Below are positions 10,056 to 20,618 of a DNA stretch of 64,000 bases, one piece after another. The position numbers and the translations under genes are program-made. The DNA is from a virus (lineage: Duplodnaviria; Heunggongvirae; Uroviricota; Caudoviricetes). Positions within the stretch are counted from its first letter, which is position 1; the number at the start of each line of letters is the position of its first letter. A model generated the notes under the pieces. It did not search any database. It saw only the letters and a list, made by a program, of their open reading frames with translations, and had not been told where the DNA came from. Location of the stretch: the IMG/VR virus record IMGVR_UViG_3300025693_000001, one strand, 5' to 3'.

Positions 10056-11357
10056 TTACATGGTGAATAATTCATCCATTTTATCCACCGGATCCCCAGA
10101 ACTTCCCAGGGTCTTTTGTTTTTTAACCAGGGTCAATCCTTGATCCCTGTCTCGTATGCGTAAGTGTTTATTATCCCACGCCAATTGAAAGTGTTTACCA
10201 ACTCCATCACTGTTTCTGGTTTTTAGTAAAATGAATACTATTTCACCAGCTACCCGCATATCATCTGTCATGACAATGGACCAATATACATCAGATACGT
10301 TAATTTTACTAATACCACCAGCGATTTGACTGTGATCGTGATCTTCTGCTGCAATTCCAACTGCACTTCTGTTTAACTGTGAAGCTGTAGCTAGGTACAT
10401 ATTAAAATCCACTGCTATTTGACGCAATTGACTAGCACATCGTTTGTCTTTTTCCCACACATTGTCCGCAGATACTTTTTCGTTTGGAGCCATCTCATCG
10501 ATATAATCCACCACCAACAAATCTGGCATCATACCGTAGTGTAGGTTAAACTCTTTTAAGAAAGCACGAATGTCATGTGAGGATGTACCAGAAGGCATTT
10601 GAGTGATATCCATTATTCCACTATTCTGCCCAGCTGCTGTAACTCTGGTGGTTATTTCAGAAACGTGATCACGCCAAACCTTTCGTCCAACCCCAGTAAT
10701 CATGGTGTCAAAACGTTGTGAAACTACGTCAGCTGACAGTTCAAGTGATATGTATAGCACGTTCAGTCCCTGTTCCACAAAACTAAGAGCTAGATTCGCA
10801 AGTGTGATAGACTTACCACCACCAGAGTTTGCGGATACCAACAACAGCTCTTGTCTTGATATACCACCAAACAACGCTTCATCCAATTCGGACCAGCCGG
10901 TTGGTTGTGTTAAATTCTCATGCATCATTCGTTCTAATCGTTCTTCGACTGATTCAAAATAACGCACACCAAGATTTCTATTTAATGATACCGATACAGC
11001 TTCTTTGATTGCTGTTTCAGCAGCTCCATAATCTTCAGCTTCAATTAGTGCTGGAAGCGAAAGGGTGGCTTGTTCAATAGCCCTACGTTTGCAAAATGTT
11101 TCTATCTCATCCGCGCAGTATGATACTTGATCTCGTTCCAATATATCATACAACTCCAATGACACGTTCGTTTCGGCATCAACTTGAGACGGTGTTGGGA
11201 TGCTGCTATATTTGTCGTAGTAATCGAATATGAATTCAACGGAGTTACGAAACTCAGGATCAAAATAATCGGATTGTATGATCCCCTGACACATAGCGAA
11301 TGTGTCACTGGATGATAACAAGTACTCGATTAACAATTTTTGTTTTTTGCTATTCAT
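10056..11357 (-). CDS. Replicative DNA helicase (DnaB / T4 gp41-like)
   Basis: Walker A ANSGGGKS, ISLELS, VVDYID, ATASQLNR, LLKTRNS. Confidence 0.95.
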   Translation of the reverse strand: MNSKKQKLLIEYLLSSSDTFAMCQGIIQSDYFDPEFRNSVEFIFDYYDKYSSIPTPSQVDAETNVSLELYDILERDQVSYCADEIETFCKRRAIEQATLSLPALIEAEDYGAAETAIKEAVSVSLNRNLGVRYFESVEERLERMMHENLTQPTGWSELDEALFGGISRQELLLVSANSGGGKSITLANLALSFVEQGLNVLYISLELSADVVSQRFDTMITGVGRKVWRDHVSEITTRVTAAGQNSGIMDITQMPSGTSSHDIRAFLKEFNLHYGMMPDLLVVDYIDEMAPNEKVSADNVWEKDKRCASQLRQIAVDFNMYLATASQLNRSAVGIAAEDHDHSQIAGGISKINVSDVYWSIVMTDDMRVAGEIVFILLKTRNSDGVGKHFQLAWDNKHLRIRDRDQGLTLVKKQKTLGSSGDPVDKMDELFTM

Positions 11358-11374
11358 GTATTGGTTTGTTTGTG

Positions 11375-12370
11375 TTATGTTGATCTAATGTGGGGGTATA
11401 TTGGTTTAACTACCGCAGTATTCGCAAAAAATTCACCTGAATCATAGAAGAAGTCGAATGTTGTAGCATCGCTAGATCTGCTAGTCACATCAATGTATTC
11501 ATCAGTATTCTTATCAAATGTAGAGAACGGTGTATCCGCTGTCAGTATGATAATTTCATTTTCGGTAATTTCCCTAAATGTTTGATTGCTATTAGGGTCC
11601 ACCGAATTGAACACGAAGGATGATCCATTACCGATCACACCAGATATCATTTCCGATGTTATTGCGTTAAAACTACGAACACTATAAACACTACCTTTTA
11701 TGACAACAACATCAAAATCATTCCACGATGACAACAACGACGGTTGATCATCGACGGCATATGATATGATAGGTGTTGATCCCTGTGATGTTCGGAATAA
11801 CAATCGAGTGTTGATTGTTGGTTCTTTACCGAGAGTTGATATGCGTGTTGCGATGCTAATCTCACCACCATTCGAAATCTGTTGAAATGCTGGCTCTGCC
11901 TCTACTGCATTCACAGGAGGTGCTAACAAATCGGGATCTGATTGGCGTGCGATCAATTGCGCATATCCAGCCCATGGACGTTCAAATGCAATAGTTATAG
12001 TGTGATCATCGACAATGTTTATATGGTCTGGAGTGATCTCCTCTGTATTGTCTTCGTCCCCTTCGATTGGGCGGTTAACGAATACTTGCACCGCGGGGAA
12101 TGTACCCATTTGGTGATTTATCGTCCACACATCTCGTTCGATTGATTGGGTGTGATTGTGTAATACTTTACGTTGTTGCCAATTATCCAATCCGGATACA
12201 TCATCGGGGAAAGAACCTCGAAGATAATCAGGTAACAACCGTGCGTGATACAGGTTACCACGACAACCATGGGTAATCGTGCAGTTCTGTGTTGTGTCTA
12301 ACCCTGTTGTGTTTCGTGTGAATTCCTTTTCTCTCTTGCACACATCACATTTATAAACGACGATTGCCAT
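11375..12370 (-). CDS. Putative virion structural protein with N-terminal Cys knuckle
   Basis: YKCDVCKR...CTITHGCRG followed by beta-rich repeat WTINHQMGTFPAVQVF. Confidence 0.55.
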   Translation of the reverse strand: MAIVVYKCDVCKREKEFTRNTTGLDTTQNCTITHGCRGNLYHARLLPDYLRGSFPDDVSGLDNWQQRKVLHNHTQSIERDVWTINHQMGTFPAVQVFVNRPIEGDEDNTEEITPDHINIVDDHTITIAFERPWAGYAQLIARQSDPDLLAPPVNAVEAEPAFQQISNGGEISIATRISTLGKEPTINTRLLFRTSQGSTPIISYAVDDQPSLLSSWNDFDVVVIKGSVYSVRSFNAITSEMISGVIGNGSSFVFNSVDPNSNQTFREITENEIIILTADTPFSTFDKNTDEYIDVTSRSSDATTFDFFYDSGEFFANTAVVKPIYPHIRST

Positions 12371-12393
12371 AATTGTTGGTCCCGATTTTTGTA

Positions 12394-12696
12394 TTACAGT
12401 AGTTGGATTGTGGATACGTTTTTCATATATCCGCGCTCTAGTTGGTTGGGTACGCGCACCACTTGGCCCACAATCTGCGATTCGTGTAGCACGGAATCAA
12501 TTTCCACACCCGTTTCCGCATCTTGAGCACTAACCATCCAAGGTATCAATGATAGATGCATCTGCCCCTTTTCTGCTGCAGGCACCATCATCAGTGTTCT
12601 TGGTTTGTCCAGTGTGTATTCACCCGTGTCTGGGTCGTACTTTGATATTTTGGCCACGACTTCTTCGCCGGTAACCAATTTGAATGCTTTAATCAT
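12394..12696 (-). CDS. Sm-like-fold phage protein
   Basis: KLVTGEEVVAKI...LIPWM pattern common in T4-like phages. Confidence 0.55.
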   Translation of the reverse strand: MIKAFKLVTGEEVVAKISKYDPDTGEYTLDKPRTLMMVPAAEKGQMHLSLIPWMVSAQDAETGVEIDSVLHESQIVGQVVRVPNQLERGYMKNVSTIQLL

Positions 12697-12707
12697 ACAA
12701 ATTCCTT

Positions 12708-13319
12708 TTATTTATTGTTATTATTGTTAATTTTTACCAGCGCCCCATATGAAGGAACGGATGTTATCCGAACCGCATAATAGAATGGTATGTTATACAT
12801 CACGATTTCGGAACCAGATGTAATACCTTCCGCTAGATTCTGATTAGTATACGAGAATCTCAACAACTCTGTCAACAACTCATTGCCTGATTGCACTCCC
12901 AATTGCTCGTTTAGTGCTTCATACACCTGATTGTACGCTACGCTTGAGTCGTGTACCTTTTTACTGTACATAAACTTAAAACCATCTATGGGGAATACAT
13001 AAAACGCATTTGTTCCATTGGATGGGGTTGGTCTACTTGACGCAAATATCGATCGCTGGTGTAAGTTGTGGGATTCGGCAACGAAGGCTTCGTTGAATGA
13101 TGAGGATATGTTATTCTTGGTTTTACGTTGGCGCACCTTTACGCGTTGGCAGTCGGGATACCAATCGGGTAAGTTTTTGATCAAAGGGTGGCAACGCGAC
13201 TCGGATATAAAATTCGAGCATCGTTCATGTATAACGTTGTTTGTGTTTGTGTTTGGTAGTAAATCAGAAGTACGCATGTGAGTATTTATGCGTAGTGTGG
13301 GATGCACAAAACCATGCAT
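12708..13319 (-). CDS. Hypothetical protein
   Basis: 203 aa ORF in operon context. Confidence 0.6.
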   Translation of the reverse strand: MHGFVHPTLRINTHMRTSDLLPNTNTNNVIHERCSNFISESRCHPLIKNLPDWYPDCQRVKVRQRKTKNNISSSFNEAFVAESHNLHQRSIFASSRPTPSNGTNAFYVFPIDGFKFMYSKKVHDSSVAYNQVYEALNEQLGVQSGNELLTELLRFSYTNQNLAEGITSGSEIVMYNIPFYYAVRITSVPSYGALVKINNNNNK

Positions 13320-13332
13320 CCCACAAATTGTG

Positions 13333-13659
13333 TTACGCTAAGGCTTTTATCCCAGTGATGAGATCGTTAGCTTCCTGGACGTATTTCGGTACGATATACG
13401 CTGGACACCGCTGTATATTATCTATCAAGTAGGCAAAGTCCACTTGATAATCGTATAATTCGGTTGATGATGTTACGGATCGTTCAGCCTTGTTCCCTAT
13501 AATGTGGCTAGCTTTGAAAGTTGCGTTGGAAAACGCTCGAGATAGATATGAAACCGTACGTTCCACTTCCAGTGGAGTTGCTGTTGTTTTAGCGAAACGG
13601 TTAGTTCTTGGTTGGTATGCCATTGCATGTCCTTGTGTGTAATATCCCAACAATAGCAC
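13333..13659 (-). CDS. Hypothetical protein
   Basis: 108 aa ORF; real start probably MAYQP. Confidence 0.5.
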   Translation of the reverse strand: MLLLGYYTQGHAMAYQPRTNRFAKTTATPLEVERTVSYLSRAFSNATFKASHIIGNKAERSVTSSTELYDYQVDFAYLIDNIQRCPAYIVPKYVQEANDLITGIKALA

Positions 13660-13943
13660 ACAAGCGATATTGCCTGTGTTTGTTGAGTGCTTCTTTCGAT
13701 GAAGTGTGAATCATTATACTGTGTTTCTCCTGGATGTCAAGGGTCTTTGCAACTCAACAACAAATGAGTGTCGAGAGTATCCTCAACATCCAGTAATAAA
13801 CGATACGCATTCTCGTATAATACTCCCTGTGCATCTGGATCGACGTGTTGATCCATATCGTTGCAAAAGGTAAGCAATCCGAACTCTATATAATTAAGTA
13901 GTGCTTCTTTTTCTGAAATTGTCATAATGGTATTTACAAGTTG

Positions 13944-13972
13944 TTGACTTTATTCGAGTTTTCTGATATTAT
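13944..13972 (+). promoter_or_regulatory. Sigma70-type promoter for the dCMP deaminase-nrdAB operon
   Basis: TTGACT-N17-TATTAT. Confidence 0.75.
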
Positions 13973-14012
13973 ACGATACAAACAATAATAACAATAAATA
14001 GCTCTACTTTTA

Positions 14013-14486
14013 ATGAATTTCATCTTACACGCAATCAAAAACATTTTTACACGGTTACCACAAACCACACTAAAACCAAAAGAAATCAAAGCACACATGA
14101 CAGCGGCTTATGCTTATGCCGAGTTATCGTATTGTGATAGACGGCAAGTTGGGTGTGTGATGGTAAAAGACGGAAGCATTGTTGCTATCGGCTATAATGG
14201 TACACCACCAGGCGATGAAAACGTGTGTGAAGGTTGTGATGGAAAAACCAAATCATCGGTAGTCCACGCAGAAGAGAATGCACTACGCAAACTAACAAGA
14301 CGAGCGGAATCATCCATTGGGTGTCACGTATTTGTCACTACAGCTCCCTGTATCCATTGCGCTGAAAAATTGATAGCAGCAGGGGTAGCGAGTGTATATT
14401 TCGATCAAGTATACAACAATGACGATGGTATTCGATACCTACAGGATCGTGGGTATCGTGTAACACAAACAGATCTAACTCAATAA
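14013..14486 (+). CDS. dCMP deaminase
   Basis: RRQVGCV, GYNGTP, HAEENA, PCIHC. Confidence 0.95.
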   Translation: MNFILHAIKNIFTRLPQTTLKPKEIKAHMTAAYAYAELSYCDRRQVGCVMVKDGSIVAIGYNGTPPGDENVCEGCDGKTKSSVVHAEENALRKLTRRAESSIGCHVFVTTAPCIHCAEKLIAAGVASVYFDQVYNNDDGIRYLQDRGYRVTQTDLTQ

Positions 14487-14508
14487 CAACAATAACAAAG
14501 AGGTCACA

Positions 14509-16851
14509 ATGTCCGAAGGACTTTTCGTAACTAAACGTGATGGTAGAACGGAACCATTCACGTATGATAAAATTCACACCGTATTATTCTGGGCAGCAGA
14601 GAACTTAACAGGTGTTTCTGTTTCTGAAATCGAAATCAAAGCTGAAATGCAGTTTTATGATAAGATAAAAACTGATGATATTCACGAGGCTATGATTAAA
14701 TCAGCAGCCGACCTAATATCAGAAGACAACCCCAACTACCAATTTGTAGCAGCTAGATTAACAAATTTTACATTACGAAAACAAGTGTATCAGCAATACA
14801 CACCACCAACATTACGCGATCATGTAGAAACGTGTGTTGATTCAGGTGTATATGATTCGGGGTTACTGGATTTGTATACAGATAATGAATGGGTAAAATT
14901 AGATAAAATTGTTAAACATGAACGCGATGATTTGTTATCATATGCAGCAATTGAACAATTTCGTGGTAAATATTTGGTTCAAAACCGAACAACTGGTCAG
15001 TATCACGAAACACCACAAATGGCATATATTTTGATCGCTGCTATCTTGTTTAGTAAATATGATCCAAGCATCCGAATGAAATATGTGCGTGATTATTATG
15101 ATGCGATTTCGATGGGACCAAAATCAACACTAACAATACCAACACCGATTTTGGCTGGCGTACGGACTCCAACACGTCAATTTTCGAGTTGTGTGTTGAT
15201 CGAGACTGATGATTCTCTGGATTCTATCAATGAAAGTGCCAGCTCAATTGTTGATTATGCATCTCGACGTGCAGGCATTGGGTTGAATCTTGGTAGGCTG
15301 CGAGCGAAAGGATCGCCAGTGCGAGGTGGAGAAATTTTCCACACAGGTAATATTCCATTCTACAAATATTTTCAATCAGCGTTAAAAAGTTGCTCACAAG
15401 GTGGTGTGCGTGGTGCATCTGCCACGGTATACTTTCCGTTGTGGCACGCTGAAGCGGAAGATTTGTTGGTGTTGAAAAACAACAAGGGAACCGAAGAAAC
15501 ACGCGTACGACACATGGATTATGGTGTCCAGCTGAATGGGTATCTGATCCAACGTTTACTTGATGGAAAGGATATCACGCTGTTTAACCCTTCTGATGTT
15601 CCGGATTTGTATAATGCGTTTTTTCAAGATCAGGCAGAGTTTGCTCGTTTGTATGAAAAGTACGAAAGAGCCAGATCGATTAGCAAGACTAGCGTTCCAG
15701 CTATCGAATTGTTCAATACTGTAATTCTTGAGCGTAACAATACTGGTAGATTGTATATCCAGTATGTCGATCACTCAAACACACACAGTGCATTTAACGC
15801 AAATACCAGCCCCATTAGAATGTCAAATCTGTGTGTTGAAATAACACTACCAACAGCAGGATTGACAAAGAAGAGCCGCATGCCATACACGCGGGATATT
15901 CTGAATACGTTGGGTGATGTACCACCAGCTGAATTCCGCGATGAGTATGGAGAAATTGCGTTGTGTACGTTATCATCAATCAATTGGGGAGCTATCCACT
16001 CACCGGAAGATTTCGAAAAACCTGCAGATTTAGCGATACGTGCTCTGGATGAGTTGTTGGATTACCAGGATTATCCGATGGTAGCTGCTGGGTATCCAGC
16101 TGATAAACGCCGATCGTTGGGTGTTGGGATTTGCAATCTTGCTTATTTTATAGCCAAGCATGGTAATAAATATTCCGATGGATCTGCAAATGATTTAGTC
16201 AATGAATACGCAGAAGCTATGTCATATTGGTTACTTACAGCATCGAACAATCTAGCAAAAGAAAAGGGTGCTTGTGGATGGTACAGCGAGACCAAATATT
16301 CCAAAGGATTGTTACCAATGGATACGTACAAACCGGAAGTTGATACGTTACTTGACGTTCCTCATTATCTGGATTGGACTAAGTTACGAGCTAGCATCGA
16401 TGAACATGGCTTGCGAAACTCCACAACAATGGCGATGATGCCAGTTGAATCTAGTTCACAGGTGATAAATGGTACAAATGGTTTGGAGCCACCACGCAGT
16501 AGTGTATCGGTGAAGGCATCCAAGAACGGCACATTGAAACAAGTGGTACCAGAAATACATCGATTTAAAAACAAATATGAGTACCTGTGGGATATGACAT
16601 CTCCACGTGGGTACATGGCTACCGCGGCTATCATACAAAAATGGACCGATCAATCGATTTCTACGAACACGTCATATAATCCAGCTCACGCTGATGGTGG
16701 AAAACTATCAACATCAGAGTTGCTAAGTGATATCGTTTATGCGTATTATATAGGACTAAAAACACTGTATTATCAAAACACTATGGACGGCAGTGGTGAT
16801 GTATTTGATAGTTCAGACAAAGACGACGATTGCGAATCGTGCAAATTATAA
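14509..16851 (+). CDS. nrdA: Class Ia ribonucleotide reductase alpha subunit with ATP cone
   Basis: VTKRDGRTEP, FSSCVL, SNLCVEI, IALCTL, C-terminal CESCKL. Confidence 0.98.
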   Translation: MSEGLFVTKRDGRTEPFTYDKIHTVLFWAAENLTGVSVSEIEIKAEMQFYDKIKTDDIHEAMIKSAADLISEDNPNYQFVAARLTNFTLRKQVYQQYTPPTLRDHVETCVDSGVYDSGLLDLYTDNEWVKLDKIVKHERDDLLSYAAIEQFRGKYLVQNRTTGQYHETPQMAYILIAAILFSKYDPSIRMKYVRDYYDAISMGPKSTLTIPTPILAGVRTPTRQFSSCVLIETDDSLDSINESASSIVDYASRRAGIGLNLGRLRAKGSPVRGGEIFHTGNIPFYKYFQSALKSCSQGGVRGASATVYFPLWHAEAEDLLVLKNNKGTEETRVRHMDYGVQLNGYLIQRLLDGKDITLFNPSDVPDLYNAFFQDQAEFARLYEKYERARSISKTSVPAIELFNTVILERNNTGRLYIQYVDHSNTHSAFNANTSPIRMSNLCVEITLPTAGLTKKSRMPYTRDILNTLGDVPPAEFRDEYGEIALCTLSSINWGAIHSPEDFEKPADLAIRALDELLDYQDYPMVAAGYPADKRRSLGVGICNLAYFIAKHGNKYSDGSANDLVNEYAEAMSYWLLTASNNLAKEKGACGWYSETKYSKGLLPMDTYKPEVDTLLDVPHYLDWTKLRASIDEHGLRNSTTMAMMPVESSSQVINGTNGLEPPRSSVSVKASKNGTLKQVVPEIHRFKNKYEYLWDMTSPRGYMATAAIIQKWTDQSISTNTSYNPAHADGGKLSTSELLSDIVYAYYIGLKTLYYQNTMDGSGDVFDSSDKDDDCESCKL

Positions 16852-16860
16852 GGACAATTA

Positions 16861-17988
16861 ATGACAAAAAGCAAACTATTCAACAAAGAAGCAACGCATC
16901 ACTTACAAGCTAGCATGTTCCTGGACCCCAATGGGGGTCCGGGCTTAGCCCGATATGAGGCTATGAAGTATCCTCAGTTTGACACATTCACGGATAGGCA
17001 GTTATCGTTCTTTTGGCGCCCATCAGAAATAGATTTATCGAAAGACAAGCTGGATCACCGAGCGTTACCACCCGAACAAAAGCATATATTTGATAGCAAT
17101 TTGTTTAGACAGATTGTATTGGATACCGCTCAGGGAAGAGGGCCAAACCTTATGCTGCTTCCTATCTGTTCACTTCCTGAAGTCGAAGGGTGGGTTGAGA
17201 ATTGGGGAACCAACGAAACTATTCACAGCCGTTCGTATACTCACATCATACAAAATGTGTACTCGAATCCTTCGGAACAATTTGACAAGATCACGCAAAT
17301 TCCCGAAATTATGGACTGTGCTGCTGACATTTCTAAGTATTATGATGGGTTGTCCTACTGGAACACGTTATATGAAGTGAAAAGATTAGGACTAGAGGTG
17401 ACAGGCGTAAAATACGACGATTATGAGCATAAAAAAGCGTTATGGTTGTGTCTGAATAGCATCAACATGCTTGAAGGTATTCGCTTCTATGTATCATTCG
17501 CTTGTTCGTGGAATATGGCAGAGCAAAAAATGATGGAAGGTAATGCAAAAATTATTCGTCTGATATGTCGTGATGAAAACTTGCATTTGGGTGCTACCCA
17601 ATATATGTTACGAACGTTACCCAAAGACGATTCTACGTTTGCATTGATTCGTCACGAATGTGCTGATCAAGTCAGACAGATGTTCGCTGATGTAATCGAA
17701 CAAGAAAAGAATTGGGCCAAATATCTGTTCAAGAATGGGTCTATGATTGGGCTAAGTGAAGAAATTCTAGGGCATTATGTTGATTACATTGCAAGCAAAC
17801 GCATGAAAACATTGAACATCGAACCATTCGATAACCACCCAAAATCTGATCCACTACCATGGACGAAAAACTGGATTAGTGGTAAAGAAGTACAAACAGC
17901 ACCACAGGAAGCTGAAATATCATCTTATTTGGTTAGTGATATCAAGCAAGATGTAACACCAGATTTCTTATCAAACTTAACAATTTAA
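16861..17988 (+). CDS. nrdB: Class Ia ribonucleotide reductase beta subunit
   Basis: FFWRPSEI, ETIHSRSY, EGIRFYVSF, RDENLH. Confidence 0.98.
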   Translation: MTKSKLFNKEATHHLQASMFLDPNGGPGLARYEAMKYPQFDTFTDRQLSFFWRPSEIDLSKDKLDHRALPPEQKHIFDSNLFRQIVLDTAQGRGPNLMLLPICSLPEVEGWVENWGTNETIHSRSYTHIIQNVYSNPSEQFDKITQIPEIMDCAADISKYYDGLSYWNTLYEVKRLGLEVTGVKYDDYEHKKALWLCLNSINMLEGIRFYVSFACSWNMAEQKMMEGNAKIIRLICRDENLHLGATQYMLRTLPKDDSTFALIRHECADQVRQMFADVIEQEKNWAKYLFKNGSMIGLSEEILGHYVDYIASKRMKTLNIEPFDNHPKSDPLPWTKNWISGKEVQTAPQEAEISSYLVSDIKQDVTPDFLSNLTI

Positions 17989-18000
17989 CGGAGACGCAAC

Positions 18001-18219
18001 ATGATAACAGTATACGGAAAGGATACATGCCCAGCATGCAAAACTATAGTAGCATTTTTAATATCGAATGATATCGAACATCAGTATTTGCTGGTTGGGC
18101 AAGATGTAACAAAAGCGGATGTTGATGCTGCGGTGGGTAGAGATGTTAGATCGGTGCCAATCGTGCTGCAAGATGGTGAAGAAACCACATTTGCGGAGCT
18201 ACGCCGTCAAGCAGCGTAG
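18001..18219 (+). CDS. Glutaredoxin (NrdC/NrdH-like)
   Basis: CPAC and RSVP motifs, directly after nrdB. Confidence 0.9.
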   Translation: MITVYGKDTCPACKTIVAFLISNDIEHQYLLVGQDVTKADVDAAVGRDVRSVPIVLQDGEETTFAELRRQAA

Positions 18220-18236
18220 CTAATGTGATCAATCCA

Positions 18237-18602
18237 TCAATGTGATATTGATGGATTGGTTTGAACTGCTACAGGCATTATCAGTTTGTGATTCTGCCTG
18301 CTAGCCAGCCCATTTGAGTGTACGGGTTTAAACTTCTCAGGATCCAACGACCACGTGATGTGGTATACCCCTCCATCGGGACGATACTGTCCCCCATCAA
18401 CCGAAACAACCAACACCTCCAACCCATCGGGATCGTTGTGATACCCGATAACTCTAATGTTAGCATTTGGTGGTAGTTTTGTATCTTTGTGTACTCCAAA
18501 TTCGTGTGTTATGTGATGTGCGACCACCTTTTTGTGCTTGGGTGGAAATTTGTCCAGTAGAAAGTTTCTGGATCTTGGTGTTAATTGATATGATGTATAC
18601 AT
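18237..18602 (-). CDS. 2H phosphoesterase-like protein
   Basis: Two HxT motifs: AHHITHEF and YHITWSL. Confidence 0.65.
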   Translation of the reverse strand: MYTSYQLTPRSRNFLLDKFPPKHKKVVAHHITHEFGVHKDTKLPPNANIRVIGYHNDPDGLEVLVVSVDGGQYRPDGGVYHITWSLDPEKFKPVHSNGLASRQNHKLIMPVAVQTNPSISH

Positions 18603-18604
18603 TG

Positions 18605-18853
18605 TTATGTCATTGGTATGTGTTCGGCTATCAGTTTTAATGTTTCGATAGCTTCCTTGATTGTCACTTTGTTGTCAACGTCGGATGTTAGGTTATCGAC
18701 TTCAACGAAGTCTAGTATGTTGTGTGATATCTCATCAAATTCGGATCTGGACAATTCGCCAGCTTCCAATCCCTCCTGTGCTTCGTTTAGTAACGCTGCC
18801 ATCTGAGCTATGATATCGGACTTATGGTCCACAAAATCATCGAACCGTCTCAT
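18605..18853 (-). CDS. Hypothetical protein
   Basis: 82 aa; coupled to the upstream lipoprotein gene. Confidence 0.6.
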   Translation of the reverse strand: MRRFDDFVDHKSDIIAQMAALLNEAQEGLEAGELSRSEFDEISHNILDFVEVDNLTSDVDNKVTIKEAIETLKLIAEHIPMT

Positions 18854-19260
18854 TCGCTTACTCCTTGTAGTTGACCTAGTGTTGTTAGAATTCTATGCAT
18901 TTCGCTTACCAAAGTTTTCGCTTTAATCTTGCAATATGCACTGGATGGCGGTGTGTCCGCTTGATAACGAGCGGCAAACTCGAGCAGTTGTTTGTTAATC
19001 AGATTTGAGCTTCCGTGTAATTCGGAATTGTTTGGAAGAAAGAAGGTGTATGTCTGTAGCGTTTCTGAACGAAACACCATTGTTTTTATTCGTTTTGAAG
19101 CCAAAGTAGTATCTTGGCATTCATTTACTAGGAATCTGGAATGTGTTTCCAGTTCCGTTATGATCAAATATTCGTTGTTATCGTATTTGGGTGGTGTTAA
19201 CCAACTGCAACCTGATAACAACGAATATAGTAGAGCAAATAATATTAGTTGTGGTTTCAT
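18850..19260 (-). CDS. Lipoprotein
   Basis: Hydrophobic N-terminus with lipobox LLSGC. Confidence 0.75.
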   Translation of the reverse strand: MKPQLILFALLYSLLSGCSWLTPPKYDNNEYLIITELETHSRFLVNECQDTTLASKRIKTMVFRSETLQTYTFFLPNNSELHGSSNLINKQLLEFAARYQADTPPSSAYCKIKAKTLVSEMHRILTTLGQLQGVSE

Positions 19261-19268
19261 CCACGTAT

Positions 19269-20618
19269 TTATTCGATGGAAGCATACCGGTTAGCATTAA
19301 CCTTTTTCAATACATCCTTTAATTCTTTTATGTATACTTGTTTACGCTCTGGCTCAGAACTCAGCAACAATCGGTATCTATCCATCGTTGCTTCGTGTTC
19401 AGCTAGTTTGGTTTCGGCTTTGATGCGTTCATCTTCCGTAAATCGGTACACTGGTAAGTCAGCGATGTACTCGGTATGCACGATACCAATTGCCCCCAAA
19501 TATTCTTTCAACTCGGCTTTTGATTTTATCTTTCGTGCAACACTACCTATGTTCTTTTTTACCGCTAATATCACATCACGCAATCGTTGTATATCGATTT
19601 CCAGTTGTGCGGCTAATACCTCATATCTAGTAATGTAATACTGCAATCGCCAATCTGTGAATCGTGTAACAACGTCTGTGTAGTTGGTTGACCACACGGT
19701 AACACCATCGAAGTCAACAACATTCAAATTTTCAGGTACTGATAACTCCAATCCCAACATTTTGAGAATTTTTGCATCATCTAGTTTGGTTAATGTCCCT
19801 TTTTTGAATTTGATTAGGATATCGTATACGTCTGATGAATTATCCACAACATCGACAATGGTACCAACCTCTTCCAGTTTGTCCAACGTTGTTGTCAACT
19901 TCTTGTGCGTTAGCCCATATGGTAGTTTCGTGATTCGCACAGTCGTCGCATTGATTTTGTCATACGCGCCCGTGAATACCCATCGTGTTTTTCCCAATCG
20001 GTCTACAACAGCTCCAGAAGACGTCTGTCCCAAAGAATCGAGTGATGGGGGAGCTTCAACAATCTTGCTTGACTTACCCTGTAGGTGCAACACTTGATCG
20101 TATATGATGTCCGTGATCGACCGTGGGAGTATATTGGATGCAAAACCAACAGCGATACCTTCTTGTGGATTTAATAGCACGGTTGGTACTAGAGGCAATA
20201 GGTGTTTTGGTTCTTTTATAGTGCCGTCGTAGTTATCAACCATTGGAATCAGGTTAGCATCGGCAAAAATAACATCTTTCGCGAATTCCGATAACGCAAC
20301 GGATGTATATCGTGATGCACCATATGCAGTTGGTTTCAGTAATGTACCGAAAGCTCCATAACCTTTTAACAACGGTATGTTGTTCCCGTACGGAGCTGCA
20401 GCAGTATTGATTGATCCTTCTGGTGCGGCGTGTGGGTGAATAGCAGCGCAAGACCCAGCTAATGCTGAGCTTTTTACTTTTTTACCGTCTCTAGCCATCC
20501 ACAACACTCGTCGTAGTGCTGATTTGAGTCCATCCGCTACGTGCGGAATGGCCCTATCGCTAATGAGGTATAGGCTGTATGCCTTGCGTTCTTGATTGAT
20601 ATATTCTGATGATTTCAT
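19269..20618 (-). CDS. Type II topoisomerase subunit A (T4 gp52/GyrA-like)
   Basis: RAIPHVADGLK...RRVL, IHPHA, GASRYTS, GIAVGFAS. Confidence 0.95.
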   Translation of the reverse strand: MKSSEYINQERKAYSLYLISDRAIPHVADGLKSALRRVLWMARDGKKVKSSALAGSCAAIHPHAAPEGSINTAAAPYGNNIPLLKGYGAFGTLLKPTAYGASRYTSVALSEFAKDVIFADANLIPMVDNYDGTIKEPKHLLPLVPTVLLNPQEGIAVGFASNILPRSITDIIYDQVLHLQGKSSKIVEAPPSLDSLGQTSSGAVVDRLGKTRWVFTGAYDKINATTVRITKLPYGLTHKKLTTTLDKLEEVGTIVDVVDNSSDVYDILIKFKKGTLTKLDDAKILKMLGLELSVPENLNVVDFDGVTVWSTNYTDVVTRFTDWRLQYYITRYEVLAAQLEIDIQRLRDVILAVKKNIGSVARKIKSKAELKEYLGAIGIVHTEYIADLPVYRFTEDERIKAETKLAEHEATMDRYRLLLSSEPERKQVYIKELKDVLKKVNANRYASIE

